Assembly (NCBI GenBank): GCA_019057815.1
Contig: JAHLWR010000001.1
Location: forward strand, 240,233-304,232
From: Candidatus Heimdallarchaeota archaeon
GTDB lineage: Archaea > Asgardarchaeota > Heimdallarchaeia > Heimdallarchaeales > Heimdallarchaeaceae
DNA: 64,000 nucleotides
Direction: 5' to 3'
The translations under genes and the position numbers were made by a program. Positions 20,595-30,316 of this stretch are shown here, piece by piece; positions within the stretch are counted from its first letter, which is position 1; the number at the start of each line of letters is the position of its first letter. The notes beneath the pieces were generated by a model. It saw nothing but the letters and a program-made list of their open reading frames with translations, searched no databases and was not told the DNA's origin.

Positions 20595-23528
20595 CTATTC
20601 TAGAAGTAATGCAGGTTTCATTGGTCTGGCTTTTTGGGCTTTCTTTTGTGGATCATAAATCTCTTTTTCGTCAGCCATATGAATTAGGATTTTAGCTTTG
20701 TTGTATTTATCACTTATGAATTCTGTATATCCTTCTATTGCATTTTTTTGGTTTTTGGTAGATAGTATTTTGATCCGAAAAATTGTTGGATCTTTCAGCA
20801 TTAATTTTGCTTCATTTGCAATTTCCTTCATGTATTTACTTAGTTCATTATTATCTTTAGATGCTGACATTACTTTTCCTATTTGTACTGCTTCTTCCTC
20901 AAATATTTTTTTTGCTAATTCATATAATACATTCTTCCATTCTGCGTTGATGTAAATATGAATCTTCTTTGGCTTAGTTTTAACCAATTTAACTATCTGT
21001 TCAATATCTTCCATTAAATCAGTCATATATTTAGATTGCAGAGCATATAGTAAATCTTCATTAGTAATAACAATATCTGGAATTAGTTTCAACGAAACAT
21101 AGTCTGTATACCCCATTCTCTCATTCAACTCTTCACAGATATGAGGAATTGCTGGTGCCATAATAATGACTATCTTCTCAATAATGTCTCTTAAAACAGC
21201 TTTTTTCTCGGTTTTTGGTAGATGTTCCGCTATTTTATAATATTCATCAATCGCTCTTATATTTGCATAGAATCCATCTAAAATATAGTCTCTTGCATTG
21301 AACTTCTCAATTGCTTCTAGTGCACTTTTTAGGTTGGTTTTTACAGAAGAATGCAATATTTTTGATGGGAATGAGTAGGCAATGTTTTTCTTTCCAGTGG
21401 TATCTGTTACACTTAAAGCATATTCCCAGAATTTCCTCAACCTTTGTTTAGCATAATTCACTTCTGTATCTTTCCATTCTAACACAGTCTCTGGTGTTGC
21501 AACAGATGCTAGATGTAATCTTGTTAGGTCAACACTGTATTTCTCCGGAACAAGGGCTATTGGAATAACATTTCCTTTACTCTTACTCATCGCTTCTCCG
21601 AAACGACTTACCATATCGTTTAATGAGAAAGCAGGTAACCAGTATTTTTCAGGGAATATCGCTACATGGTGAAAGATTGCGAATGATAAATGATTAGAGA
21701 TATGATGAATAGCTGTATGTCTAAGATCATTAGGATACCAATACTCAAATTCTTCTTTCATTTGTTTTATAATATGTTCTGATAATTCTGTTTTCTTACT
21801 TACTTCCTTAATGTCACCTTCATCTAGAAGGATATAATCAAACAGCATAGGTTTCAGTTGATTAGCTTTTATATTGTTCTTTTTTATGTGTTTAACAATT
21901 GTGTAATATGCCATATAAATCACTGAATCACTCAGTGACTCAATTATCCATCCTTCTCCTTTTGTTAATGGAAATTCTGTTCCTAGTCCTCTTCTTCTCA
22001 CACAAGGTCTTTTATCTAACCAATTGAAAGTATTTTCAAAACTTTGTCTATATTTTTCTGGAATGATTGTCATTTTATTTAATGCTTCGAATGCTTTTTT
22101 ATTCCATTCAGCATCTCCATAATTTAGGAAATATTGGTTCTGAATAATTGCTACAATAATTTGACCACCACATCTACAAGAAGCTTTAGCAGATGTCTCA
22201 TAAATAGGTGCTGCTAAATTAATATCAAATAGAACATCTGCGATTCTATCTTTTGCCTCTTCAATTTTTAATCCTTCGAAGTCTCCTGTATTATCCTTCA
22301 TAATCCCAGAGTAATATTCATCCTTGTAAATCGTTTGAGTAGCCTTTTCTAATTTTCCAGTATCTTCTTGCGATTTAACACCCAATTTCTGACATAACTC
22401 TACTGCTGGAAAATCACCATAGTCTTTTACTTTAATCATGGATATAGGATTTATTTGTTTCAGCTTTTCAGAATTTAAAGCATATTTTTCAATTGTTTTT
22501 TCATCTTTCTGCAAATCAACTAAAGCAGTATAATCATAAGGAGCATGCCCAGGAACACTATAAACGATACCAGTAGCATGATCAGTATCAATAAAATTAG
22601 CTGGGTAAACAGGAATTTTACTTTTTGTTATTGGAACTTCAACAATCTTGTCTAAGATTTCTTCACCCTTCAGCTCTCTAATTATGGTGATTTTATGATC
22701 TTGTTCCATTAGCTTCATAGTTGCTTCTTTAGAAATTATCCATGTTTCATCATCGATGGAGATTTCATTATAGAAACCATCAGGATGTATCCAAACATTG
22801 GTTGCTCCGAATATTGTTTCGGGTCGAAGTGTAGCTGCAACTAAAAAGGAGTTATTTTCAAGAATGAATTTAATACCAACAAACTCAGTAACTTCTACTT
22901 TAATCTCATCTCCTGCTTGAATGTCATCTTCACCAACAGCGTTTTTATCGTTTATGCACCATAAAATAGGGTGATTTCCTTTAGTAATAAGGTTTTTATT
23001 GTTTAGCTTGATGTATTGCCATTCAATGAATTTGTTGTATTCTGAATCTCCTGTAGTGAATTGTCTAGTAGTATCAAGTGAATATCCCATTTTTAGAAAA
23101 TCTTGAATTATTTTCTTTGCAAAATAACTAGCAACATTTTCTGGTTTTGTAAAAGAAGAGATTACTTCCTCAATTCTTTTTGTATCCTTTTCATATATTG
23201 AAATGTATTCACGATATTTTTTCCATTCATCTTCATCGTTATTCCGAATTTTCCAGGATACAGCGAGAACTGGAGTACCAGTTATATGAAAACCCATTGG
23301 CCACAAAACATTGTATCCTTGTTGTCTTTTGTATCTGGCAAATATATCACCTAAACCATAAGTTCTACTATGACCTATGTGAAGAGGAGCAGTAGCATAA
23401 GGATAAGACACTGTTAGAAACCATTTTGGTTTGCTCTTATCAATAACACCTACGAAAACATTATCTTCTTGCCATTTCTTTTGCCATTTCTTTTCGATCT
23501 CACGTATTACTTCGAGAAAATTCGTCAT
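20595..23528 (-). CDS. leuS: Leucine--tRNA ligase (archaeal/eukaryal type)
   Basis: LHIGH, ATLRPET, SVPGHAPYD, ESLSDS, MSKSKGN; start refined to ATG at 23528. Confidence 0.96.
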   Translation of the reverse strand: MTNFLEVIREIEKKWQKKWQEDNVFVGVIDKSKPKWFLTVSYPYATAPLHIGHSRTYGLGDIFARYKRQQGYNVLWPMGFHITGTPVLAVSWKIRNNDEDEWKKYREYISIYEKDTKRIEEVISSFTKPENVASYFAKKIIQDFLKMGYSLDTTRQFTTGDSEYNKFIEWQYIKLNNKNLITKGNHPILWCINDKNAVGEDDIQAGDEIKVEVTEFVGIKFILENNSFLVAATLRPETIFGATNVWIHPDGFYNEISIDDETWIISKEATMKLMEQDHKITIIRELKGEEILDKIVEVPITKSKIPVYPANFIDTDHATGIVYSVPGHAPYDYTALVDLQKDEKTIEKYALNSEKLKQINPISMIKVKDYGDFPAVELCQKLGVKSQEDTGKLEKATQTIYKDEYYSGIMKDNTGDFEGLKIEEAKDRIADVLFDINLAAPIYETSAKASCRCGGQIIVAIIQNQYFLNYGDAEWNKKAFEALNKMTIIPEKYRQSFENTFNWLDKRPCVRRRGLGTEFPLTKGEGWIIESLSDSVIYMAYYTIVKHIKKNNIKANQLKPMLFDYILLDEGDIKEVSKKTELSEHIIKQMKEEFEYWYPNDLRHTAIHHISNHLSFAIFHHVAIFPEKYWLPAFSLNDMVSRFGEAMSKSKGNVIPIALVPEKYSVDLTRLHLASVATPETVLEWKDTEVNYAKQRLRKFWEYALSVTDTTGKKNIAYSFPSKILHSSVKTNLKSALEAIEKFNARDYILDGFYANIRAIDEYYKIAEHLPKTEKKAVLRDIIEKIVIIMAPAIPHICEELNERMGYTDYVSLKLIPDIVITNEDLLYALQSKYMTDLMEDIEQIVKLVKTKPKKIHIYINAEWKNVLYELAKKIFEEEAVQIGKVMSASKDNNELSKYMKEIANEAKLMLKDPTIFRIKILSTKNQKNAIEGYTEFISDKYNKAKILIHMADEKEIYDPQKKAQKARPMKPALLLE

Positions 23529-24028
23529 AATAATCACTTTGTTTCTCCTTTTGTCTATAGTTCACTGATGATTCCATACAACGCTTTGAATTGTAGAGCC
23601 AAAACGCTAAATTAAAAGCTTTACTTCCAATCATTAGAATAGATTTTCCTAAGAATAAAATCTGGAAACCACTAAATTTCAAAGGTAGAGCTTCAAATGG
23701 GAAGAACACATTCACCAGTCATTATATTATTCTCCGTGTAGTTTCCTAAAGAATCAAGAATTCTTTACATTTTTAAATTTTATGAAGAAGAAGAAGAAGT
23801 TGGCGTAATTGGGCTGTTTGGTGCTCACACACTAGTAAACAAGCGTATTAGAAATTGTTTTATCATCGTTCACACCTTTTGAAACATAACTTGCATTCTT
23901 GAAGAATGAAATAACAAGAATTTGTTATTTATTTTTATGTTCATTTATTCAGTTTAATGAACTGTCGTTATATCATTGACTTTTTAAGTTGCTAAAAAAC
24001 GACCACATAGGAATATCGAGGTTATATA

Positions 24029-24841
24029 ATGCAAGCTAATATCCAAACAGAAGAGGACAAAATAATTGAGGGAATACTAAGCAAGTTTAAGCATAAATTT
24101 GCTGTTTTAAGTGGAAAAGGTGGTACAGGAAAAACTACCATAACAGTAAACATTGCACAAACATTAGCCAATCTAGGTTATAAAGTAGGAGTTTTAGATT
24201 CAGATATAACAGGACCTAATATCCCATTAATGTTTGGGGTTGAGCACGCAACTTTACAATCAAAAGACAATAAAATCCTTCCAATAGAAGTCGGCAATAT
24301 AAAAATCGTTTCAATCGAATTCTTACTTGAGGATAAAAGCAAAGCTATAATTTGGCGAGGTCCTATGAAAATTAAGGCTTTAAAACAGCTTATAAAAGAT
24401 GTTGAATGGGGAGAGTTAGACTTTTTCATAGTAGATTTACCTCCTGGAAGCAGTGACGAACCATTAAGCATAGTACAAACAATAAAAGATCTGGATGGAA
24501 TGGTTATAGTTACCACACCACAAGAAGTATCGCTACTAGATGTTAAGAAATCAATCAACTTTGCTGAAGTTACCAATGTTCCAATTATAGGTATCATAGA
24601 AAACATGAGTGGTTTTAAGTGTCAACACTGTAATGAAATAACATACATCTTCAAAAAAGACGGTGGAAAAAATATTGCTAAAGATCTTTCTCTCGATTTT
24701 CTAGGAGTCATTCCTATAATACCTGAAATCTGTGAGGCTGGCGATATAGGTGAACCCGCTGTAAATACTAATGATGCGACGAAAAATGTATTCCTTGAAA
24801 TAGTTAATAAAATAATTAACAAGACTTCAAATAAGGCTTAA
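24029..24841 (+). CDS. Mrp/ApbC/NBP35 Fe-S cluster carrier ATPase
   Basis: SGKGGTGKT, WRGP, DLPPG, ENMS..CQHC. Confidence 0.92.
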   Translation: MQANIQTEEDKIIEGILSKFKHKFAVLSGKGGTGKTTITVNIAQTLANLGYKVGVLDSDITGPNIPLMFGVEHATLQSKDNKILPIEVGNIKIVSIEFLLEDKSKAIIWRGPMKIKALKQLIKDVEWGELDFFIVDLPPGSSDEPLSIVQTIKDLDGMVIVTTPQEVSLLDVKKSINFAEVTNVPIIGIIENMSGFKCQHCNEITYIFKKDGGKNIAKDLSLDFLGVIPIIPEICEAGDIGEPAVNTNDATKNVFLEIVNKIINKTSNKA

Positions 24842-24868
24842 TCCTTATTTTTCTCATTTTTCTAGAAA

Positions 24869-25387
24869 TCATTCTTTGAACATAGCATTTTCTTGTCTAA
24901 GCATTCGTTTTTTCATCGGGTGGTTACTTTTTCCTGCAAATTTACCTATTTTACCACTAGAAAGAATTACTCTATGACAAGGAACTATTGGCCCAAATCT
25001 GTTTTTCATCATAACATTGCCAACAAAACGAGCGCCATACGGAACGCCAACTCTTTTGGCTAGTTCTCCATAGGAAACAACTTCTCCTGCAGGTACTTTT
25101 AGAAGTTCATTTAAAACATCAATTTCTTTTTCCGTAAATCCACTAAAATCAAAATTAATTTTTGGTAAATCAAAAGATGTGCCATTCACAATATCATTGA
25201 TAGCATCTAAAATTGGATGATCTCTTTCTTCAATTTCCACTTCTTCTTTTGCTATTTTTGATAAATATGCAACAGCTTCTTTTTTGTTTTTGAAAGAATA
25301 AGAAGTATAATATAATTTTTCTTCATTAAGAAGTATACCTGTCCATGAATCCTTATTTTTTGATACAATAATCTTCATCTTATACAC
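24869..25387 (-). CDS. ogt: Methylated-DNA--protein-cysteine methyltransferase
   Basis: SYGELA, ARFVG, PCHRV active site. Confidence 0.9.
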   Translation of the reverse strand: MYKMKIIVSKNKDSWTGILLNEEKLYYTSYSFKNKKEAVAYLSKIAKEEVEIEERDHPILDAINDIVNGTSFDLPKINFDFSGFTEKEIDVLNELLKVPAGEVVSYGELAKRVGVPYGARFVGNVMMKNRFGPIVPCHRVILSSGKIGKFAGKSNHPMKKRMLRQENAMFKE

Positions 25388-25440
25388 AACATTTTTCTAT
25401 TATTTCACTATATAAAACTTACATCAGAAAAAGGGTAATA

Positions 25441-26490
25441 GTGAAACAGCTGAAAGAGAAGATGCTCAAATACCTTAAAAAGGCGTGTCCAAACAAAAAA
25501 GATTTACAAATCAACGAATTTTGCAATATTACTACTGGATGGGAGACAGAGATATTTTCGTTTACACTAGTATTTCAGGAAAATGGAAACGAAAAGCAAG
25601 AAGAGTTAATCTTAAGGATGTATTTAGGTAATTTAGCAGAAAATAAAGCTGTGAAAGAATACAAATCTATGAAAAAACTTTTTGAAGCAAAATATCCAGT
25701 TCCTGAACCCTTGTTGGTTGAAAAAGATTCATCTATTCTAGGAAAACCTTTCATGATGATGGAGAAAATTGATGGAGAAAACATGGGAAAAAGGTTTCTT
25801 ATAGCACTTGAAACTAGCGATCAAGAAATAATTGACAACATGATAATACCCAAGTTTTGTGAACTTTTTATTAATCTTCATGATTTGGATTGGGTGTCTA
25901 TTTCTGATGAAAGAATCAAGCATGTATACTCAAATCCATACAGTTTCATAGTAAACCATCTATCCAATTTTGAAAAGAAACTTGATTATTTCAATAAGGG
26001 GGAGCTAAGACCGATTACCAAATGGTTAGCAGATAGAATAATAAATGTTCCTTGTTATAAAATGTCAGTTATACACCAAGATTTTCACCCTCATAACATA
26101 CTAATAACTAAAAACGAAAGATATTATGTTATAGATTGGTCAAGTTGTAGTATTGGAGATTTTAGATTAGATTTGGGGTGGACATTACTACTAACATATG
26201 CTTTCACATCAAAAGAAATTCGAGATAAAATCTTATCGACATATGAAAATCTATCTGGGTGGAAAGTAGAAGAGATTGAATTCTTTGAAGTTTTAGCTAT
26301 TTGTAGAAGATTATTTGACATATCTATCTCATTTAATCAGGGAGCTGAAGAGCTAGGAATGCGTAAACAAGCAGTAGAAAAAATGAAAGAGAGTGGTTTT
26401 CATATAAAGAGGGTTTATTCTTTATTGCAAGAAAAAACTGGTATCTCAATAAAAGAGATAGAAAACCTAATTAGAGAAATATCAGAATAG
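25441..26490 (+). CDS. APH/choline-kinase-like phosphotransferase
   Basis: HQDFHPHN (Brenner motif), IDW, GD..DL. Confidence 0.85.
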   Translation: MKQLKEKMLKYLKKACPNKKDLQINEFCNITTGWETEIFSFTLVFQENGNEKQEELILRMYLGNLAENKAVKEYKSMKKLFEAKYPVPEPLLVEKDSSILGKPFMMMEKIDGENMGKRFLIALETSDQEIIDNMIIPKFCELFINLHDLDWVSISDERIKHVYSNPYSFIVNHLSNFEKKLDYFNKGELRPITKWLADRIINVPCYKMSVIHQDFHPHNILITKNERYYVIDWSSCSIGDFRLDLGWTLLLTYAFTSKEIRDKILSTYENLSGWKVEEIEFFEVLAICRRLFDISISFNQGAEELGMRKQAVEKMKESGFHIKRVYSLLQEKTGISIKEIENLIREISE

Positions 26491-26646
26491 AAAAACGTTC
26501 TATCTTGATATTTGGCAATTTTTAGTTGCCAAATGAGCATTTTCCATTTTCTGTAAAATCTATTAATCATTATGTAACCTCAAAAAAATCTCGAAAAAAG
26601 ACAATAAAATATAAATAAAAAGTCTACAAAGATAAATGGGATAAAA

Positions 26647-27168
26647 ATGTCAGATAATAGTAAAACTGGTAACTGGACAAAAATCATTAAAGCAGTCAGA
26701 ACACCTATTGCTTATTTCACTCTTTTGGCACTTATTATTGAATCAACCCTTATTGCTTTAGGAAAAGACCATATTGAAGTTGTAATTGGTGGATTGGCGC
26801 TAATAGGTTTACTCATAGTTGTTGTTGGACTTATTTTATGGAAGAAACCTGAAGTCTTCAATCCTAAAACACCGTTTATCATTGGTTTTGATTTTCCTAA
26901 TATTGTAGATCTCAATGTTGATCAATGTACAATGCTAGTTCGTGACAACGTGCAAGAAAATAAATATAAGGGAAGGGCTAATATTACAGACGACTTTGGA
27001 AACTGGGTTCTTTCGTTGAATCATCCAAATTCCCCTTTGACTGTTGATTATTCAGACTCAATTGATATTACACTTGTTGAAATGCCGGATGATAATGGTA
27101 ATATAAAAAAGTGGACAACACGTCCATTTAAAGTCAATAAAATTCTAAAAAAGGTGAAAAAGCTATGA
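26647..27168 (+). CDS. Hypothetical protein, two N-terminal TM helices + beta-rich soluble domain
   Basis: Hydrophobic segments at about residues 20-38 and 44-65; stop overlaps next start (ATGA at 27165-27168). Confidence 0.75.
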   Translation: MSDNSKTGNWTKIIKAVRTPIAYFTLLALIIESTLIALGKDHIEVVIGGLALIGLLIVVVGLILWKKPEVFNPKTPFIIGFDFPNIVDLNVDQCTMLVRDNVQENKYKGRANITDDFGNWVLSLNHPNSPLTVDYSDSIDITLVEMPDDNGNIKKWTTRPFKVNKILKKVKKL

Positions 27169-27467
27169 ATAAACAAATAGAATTCAAATTTAACAATGAT
27201 GCAAAATCCTTGCCTAACATCTCTAGAGGAAACTACACATGGTATGAATGGACAATTTATATGGACGAAGACGATTCTAAACTGGATTCAGTTGATAAAG
27301 TCGAGTACCACTTACATCCAAGTTTTCCTGATCCGATTCAAGTTGTAACAAACCGTGACACAAAGTTTGCTTTTAGTGCAAGAGGATGGGGAACATTTCG
27401 AATTGATATCGTAATCTACCTCAAAGATGGTACAGAAGCACATGCTCATCACAATCTTAAGTTCTAG
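27165..27467 (+). CDS. Stand-alone YEATS-domain protein (prokaryotic YEATS)
   Basis: YEWTIY...VDKVEYHLHPSFPDP...FSARGWGTFRIDIVI matches the YEATS pattern (HxWxVY...V.KV.F.LH.SF..P...F.....GWGEF); AAGGTGA SD. Confidence 0.88.
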   Translation: MNKQIEFKFNNDAKSLPNISRGNYTWYEWTIYMDEDDSKLDSVDKVEYHLHPSFPDPIQVVTNRDTKFAFSARGWGTFRIDIVIYLKDGTEAHAHHNLKF

Positions 27468-27610
27468 ATAGCTTAAGAAAACAAATACTATTTCACCGCT
27501 AATAGAATCGGAAAATTGGCAGAAAAATCACTAAAGAATATATTACTAGGAAATTACAGACATTAATAGCAAGGAAAGCACTACTTCTCACATAAGGATA
27601 TAGATAAACT

Positions 27611-28303
27611 ATGGATTCGGAAAAAAAAGTTAGTTTTCCTTATAGAGGAGAGCACATTGAAGGGATAATCAAACGATTGAATCGGAAAACAGTAACAGTC
27701 ATTGTCAATGATCAGATTCTATTTAGAGTACCTTACCAATTATTAACTCCAATAATTAAACCTCCTCTGAAAAAAAACATGAAAAAGAATGCTTATACAA
27801 ATAAAAAATGGACAAAAGAGCAGAACAGAGATTATAAAAAGTCCAATAATGCGGAAATTTATTTACCATCTAAGAACACGTTAATATCATTAAAAACAAA
27901 TGTAAAAATGCTTGCAAAGACGTTAAAAAATGAAGACAATATCATGATAAAACAATACTCAAATAGTATTATAGAGGAACTAAATACTGAATATAAACTT
28001 CCCTCATTGCCAGTATTTACTGGTGGAAAACGAAGATTAACAAGAAGTGGGAACCAATATTATGGTGTTCATAGAACAAGAGGAGGAGAAAATAAACATT
28101 CATCAATTTCGGTATATAGTAGAACAGCTAAAACGCAAAAATATGTAGCTCCTAAGACCTTTTTGAGAACGCTAATTCATGAGTGGTCTCATTCTTTCGA
28201 TAGGTATAAGTTGAAATTATCAAGCACTTATCATACAAAAGGATTTTACGAACGAGTTAACTTAATTTACAACGAGCTAAAAAAGCCTTTAGAAAAAAAT
28301 TGA
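27611..28303 (+). CDS. Zincin metalloprotease, SprT/WLM-like, with N-terminal SH3-like barrel
   Basis: FLRTLIHEWSH...YHTKGFY (HExxH plus downstream H...F); very basic. Confidence 0.65.
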   Translation: MDSEKKVSFPYRGEHIEGIIKRLNRKTVTVIVNDQILFRVPYQLLTPIIKPPLKKNMKKNAYTNKKWTKEQNRDYKKSNNAEIYLPSKNTLISLKTNVKMLAKTLKNEDNIMIKQYSNSIIEELNTEYKLPSLPVFTGGKRRLTRSGNQYYGVHRTRGGENKHSSISVYSRTAKTQKYVAPKTFLRTLIHEWSHSFDRYKLKLSSTYHTKGFYERVNLIYNELKKPLEKN

Positions 28304-28424
28304 CACAGTAACCTTTTCTTTAAGTTTCTAAGACACGTTGAAATAGTGTTTTGGATAGCAGGTTTTTAAGGTGAAATAAGGTTTTTGCGGGTTTTAAATA
28401 GTTTGGAATTAAATAATTTATGAA

Positions 28425-29453
28425 ATGAGTATAGAGCTTCGCAATGTTTCCAAGTCATTCAATAAACGGGGGAGAAAAATACATGCTTTAGATGATATAT
28501 CTCTCAAAATTAAGCAAGGCGAATTTCTTGGACTGCTTGGACCAAATGGAGCTGGAAAAACGACACTTACTAAAATCCTCTCAACATTACTTTTACCAAC
28601 CTCTGGAGAAGCTTACATCAACGATATTCCGATAACAGAGGATAAAAAAATAAGAAAAATAATCAGTACAGCTTTTGGTGAAAGTGGCGGAAGGAGTCTT
28701 TACTACAGATTATCTATTGAGGATAATCTAAGATTTTATGCTACTCTAGCTGGTGTTCAAAAAAAAGAAGCTCAAAATAGAATTGCTGCTTTGTTAAAGT
28801 ATTTTGATTTAGAAGAAAAAAGAAAAACGCTTGTAATGAAACTTAGTACGGGAATGAAGGCAAAAGTGGTACTCATTAGATCGCTAATTCCTTTACCTCA
28901 AGTTCTTTTATTGGATGAACCCACACTAGGGTTTGATGCTATTTCTTCTGAAAAAGCTAAAAATTTACTTGCAGATTTTAATAAAGAGTTTGGGACTACA
29001 ATTCTATTAACTAGTCATAATTTTTCAGAAATTGATGCGCTAACAAGAAGAATCATATTAATCGATCAAGGGAAAATGGTTGAAGATTGTGCCCCCTTTG
29101 CATTTAAGAAAGTAGCATCTCAAGAACTTGTAGATGTTATTTTTTCCGTACCTAATTTTCAAAAAGAAATATTTAGTGAAATAATTCGTCAAGTAGCCCA
29201 TGCCAAAATTATCCGTCTAGTTGAGAGCACAAATTACGTAAATTCATATGAAGCTCAAATACAAGCCGAACGTTATCCTTTGAATGAAACCATTTCCTTA
29301 ATTACAGTTTTAATTTTAGAACGTGGAGGGAAAGTTTTCAAGATAGCTCCCTTCATACCAAGCTTGAAGGAGTCTTTTCTTGCTTTTCTTAAAATCAAAG
29401 AGGAACAAGAGAAAGAGACTATTCTTTCGATCCCTATTGAAATGGTGGAGTAA
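28425..29453 (+). CDS. ABC-2 exporter ATPase
   Basis: GPNGAGKT, LSTGM, LLLDEPT. Confidence 0.9.
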   Translation: MSIELRNVSKSFNKRGRKIHALDDISLKIKQGEFLGLLGPNGAGKTTLTKILSTLLLPTSGEAYINDIPITEDKKIRKIISTAFGESGGRSLYYRLSIEDNLRFYATLAGVQKKEAQNRIAALLKYFDLEEKRKTLVMKLSTGMKAKVVLIRSLIPLPQVLLLDEPTLGFDAISSEKAKNLLADFNKEFGTTILLTSHNFSEIDALTRRIILIDQGKMVEDCAPFAFKKVASQELVDVIFSVPNFQKEIFSEIIRQVAHAKIIRLVESTNYVNSYEAQIQAERYPLNETISLITVLILERGGKVFKIAPFIPSLKESFLAFLKIKEEQEKETILSIPIEMVE

Positions 29454-29455
29454 TA

Positions 29456-30316
29456 ATGGCAACTATTAATCAGGTTTTGAACTCTTTCAGTCATCCTACA
29501 GCTTATAGCTCCTTTTTCACACGAATTAAAGCAATTTTTATCACCAGAGTTAAAATGGCTTTAAATTACAAAAGCAGCTACTTAATGGTAGTTCTTCTTA
29601 ACCTGGTTACTATTTTTATTTACTTTTTTTATGGTAAACTAAATCCAAATCTAAGTGTTTTTGGTATTAATGCAGCTTATTTTGAATTTGTGTTTATTGG
29701 TCTCTCGTTACAAATGCTGATAGGAACTACACTATCAACTGTAAACGGAGGTATCCACCAAGAAATACTTACAGGAACGTGGTCACATACTTTATTGCAC
29801 TTCAATTTTATTGAATATGCGATTGGTACAGCTCTGGCAGGTGCTTTTCTTTCCTCCTTTTCTATTTTAGCAGCACTTATTGTATCACAAATTTTTCTTG
29901 GATTGCAAATAGTTTTTTCTTTGTTTCAAATAATTATGATTTTCCTTCTTCTAATCTTATTAATAATCTCCCACATAACAATTTCGATGCTTTTTAGTGC
30001 TTTCATAATTTGGTACAAAAAAGATAATGGTCTTGTTTCGTTGATCTATCAATTGACAAAAACTTTTTCTGGAGTTGTTTTCCCGATAGCACTTCTAAGT
30101 GGGTTCCCATTATTTATTTCGAAAATCCTTCCCTTGACTTATGGGCTTCAATCTATGCAAATGGTGATTTTCAATCCGGGAGAAGACTTTACGATAGTTC
30201 TTCTAAATGCCTTATTCTTGTTAGGTTTTACTATAATAGTTGGATATATATCTTGGATTCTGACTAAAATTAGTATAAGAAATTCAAAAATCAAAGGAAC
30301 AGTGGATGATTATTAG
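29456..30316 (+). CDS. ABC-2 permease
   Basis: 6 TM, SGVVFP, LPLTY. Confidence 0.85.
   Translation: MATINQVLNSFSHPTAYSSFFTRIKAIFITRVKMALNYKSSYLMVVLLNLVTIFIYFFYGKLNPNLSVFGINAAYFEFVFIGLSLQMLIGTTLSTVNGGIHQEILTGTWSHTLLHFNFIEYAIGTALAGAFLSSFSILAALIVSQIFLGLQIVFSLFQIIMIFLLLILLIISHITISMLFSAFIIWYKKDNGLVSLIYQLTKTFSGVVFPIALLSGFPLFISKILPLTYGLQSMQMVIFNPGEDFTIVLLNALFLLGFTIIVGYISWILTKISIRNSKIKGTVDDY

Noticed and set aside
23500-23715. 71-aa ORF upstream of leuS
   Set aside because: Overlaps the leuS start out of frame and has no recognisable features.
23825-23866. Short minus-strand ORF MIKQFLIRLFTSV with SD-like AAGGTG, as a possible leuS leader peptide
   Set aside because: Only two non-adjacent Leu codons, about 300 nt from leuS, and no attenuator structure. 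The nearby (GAA)5 run looks like a simple repeat.
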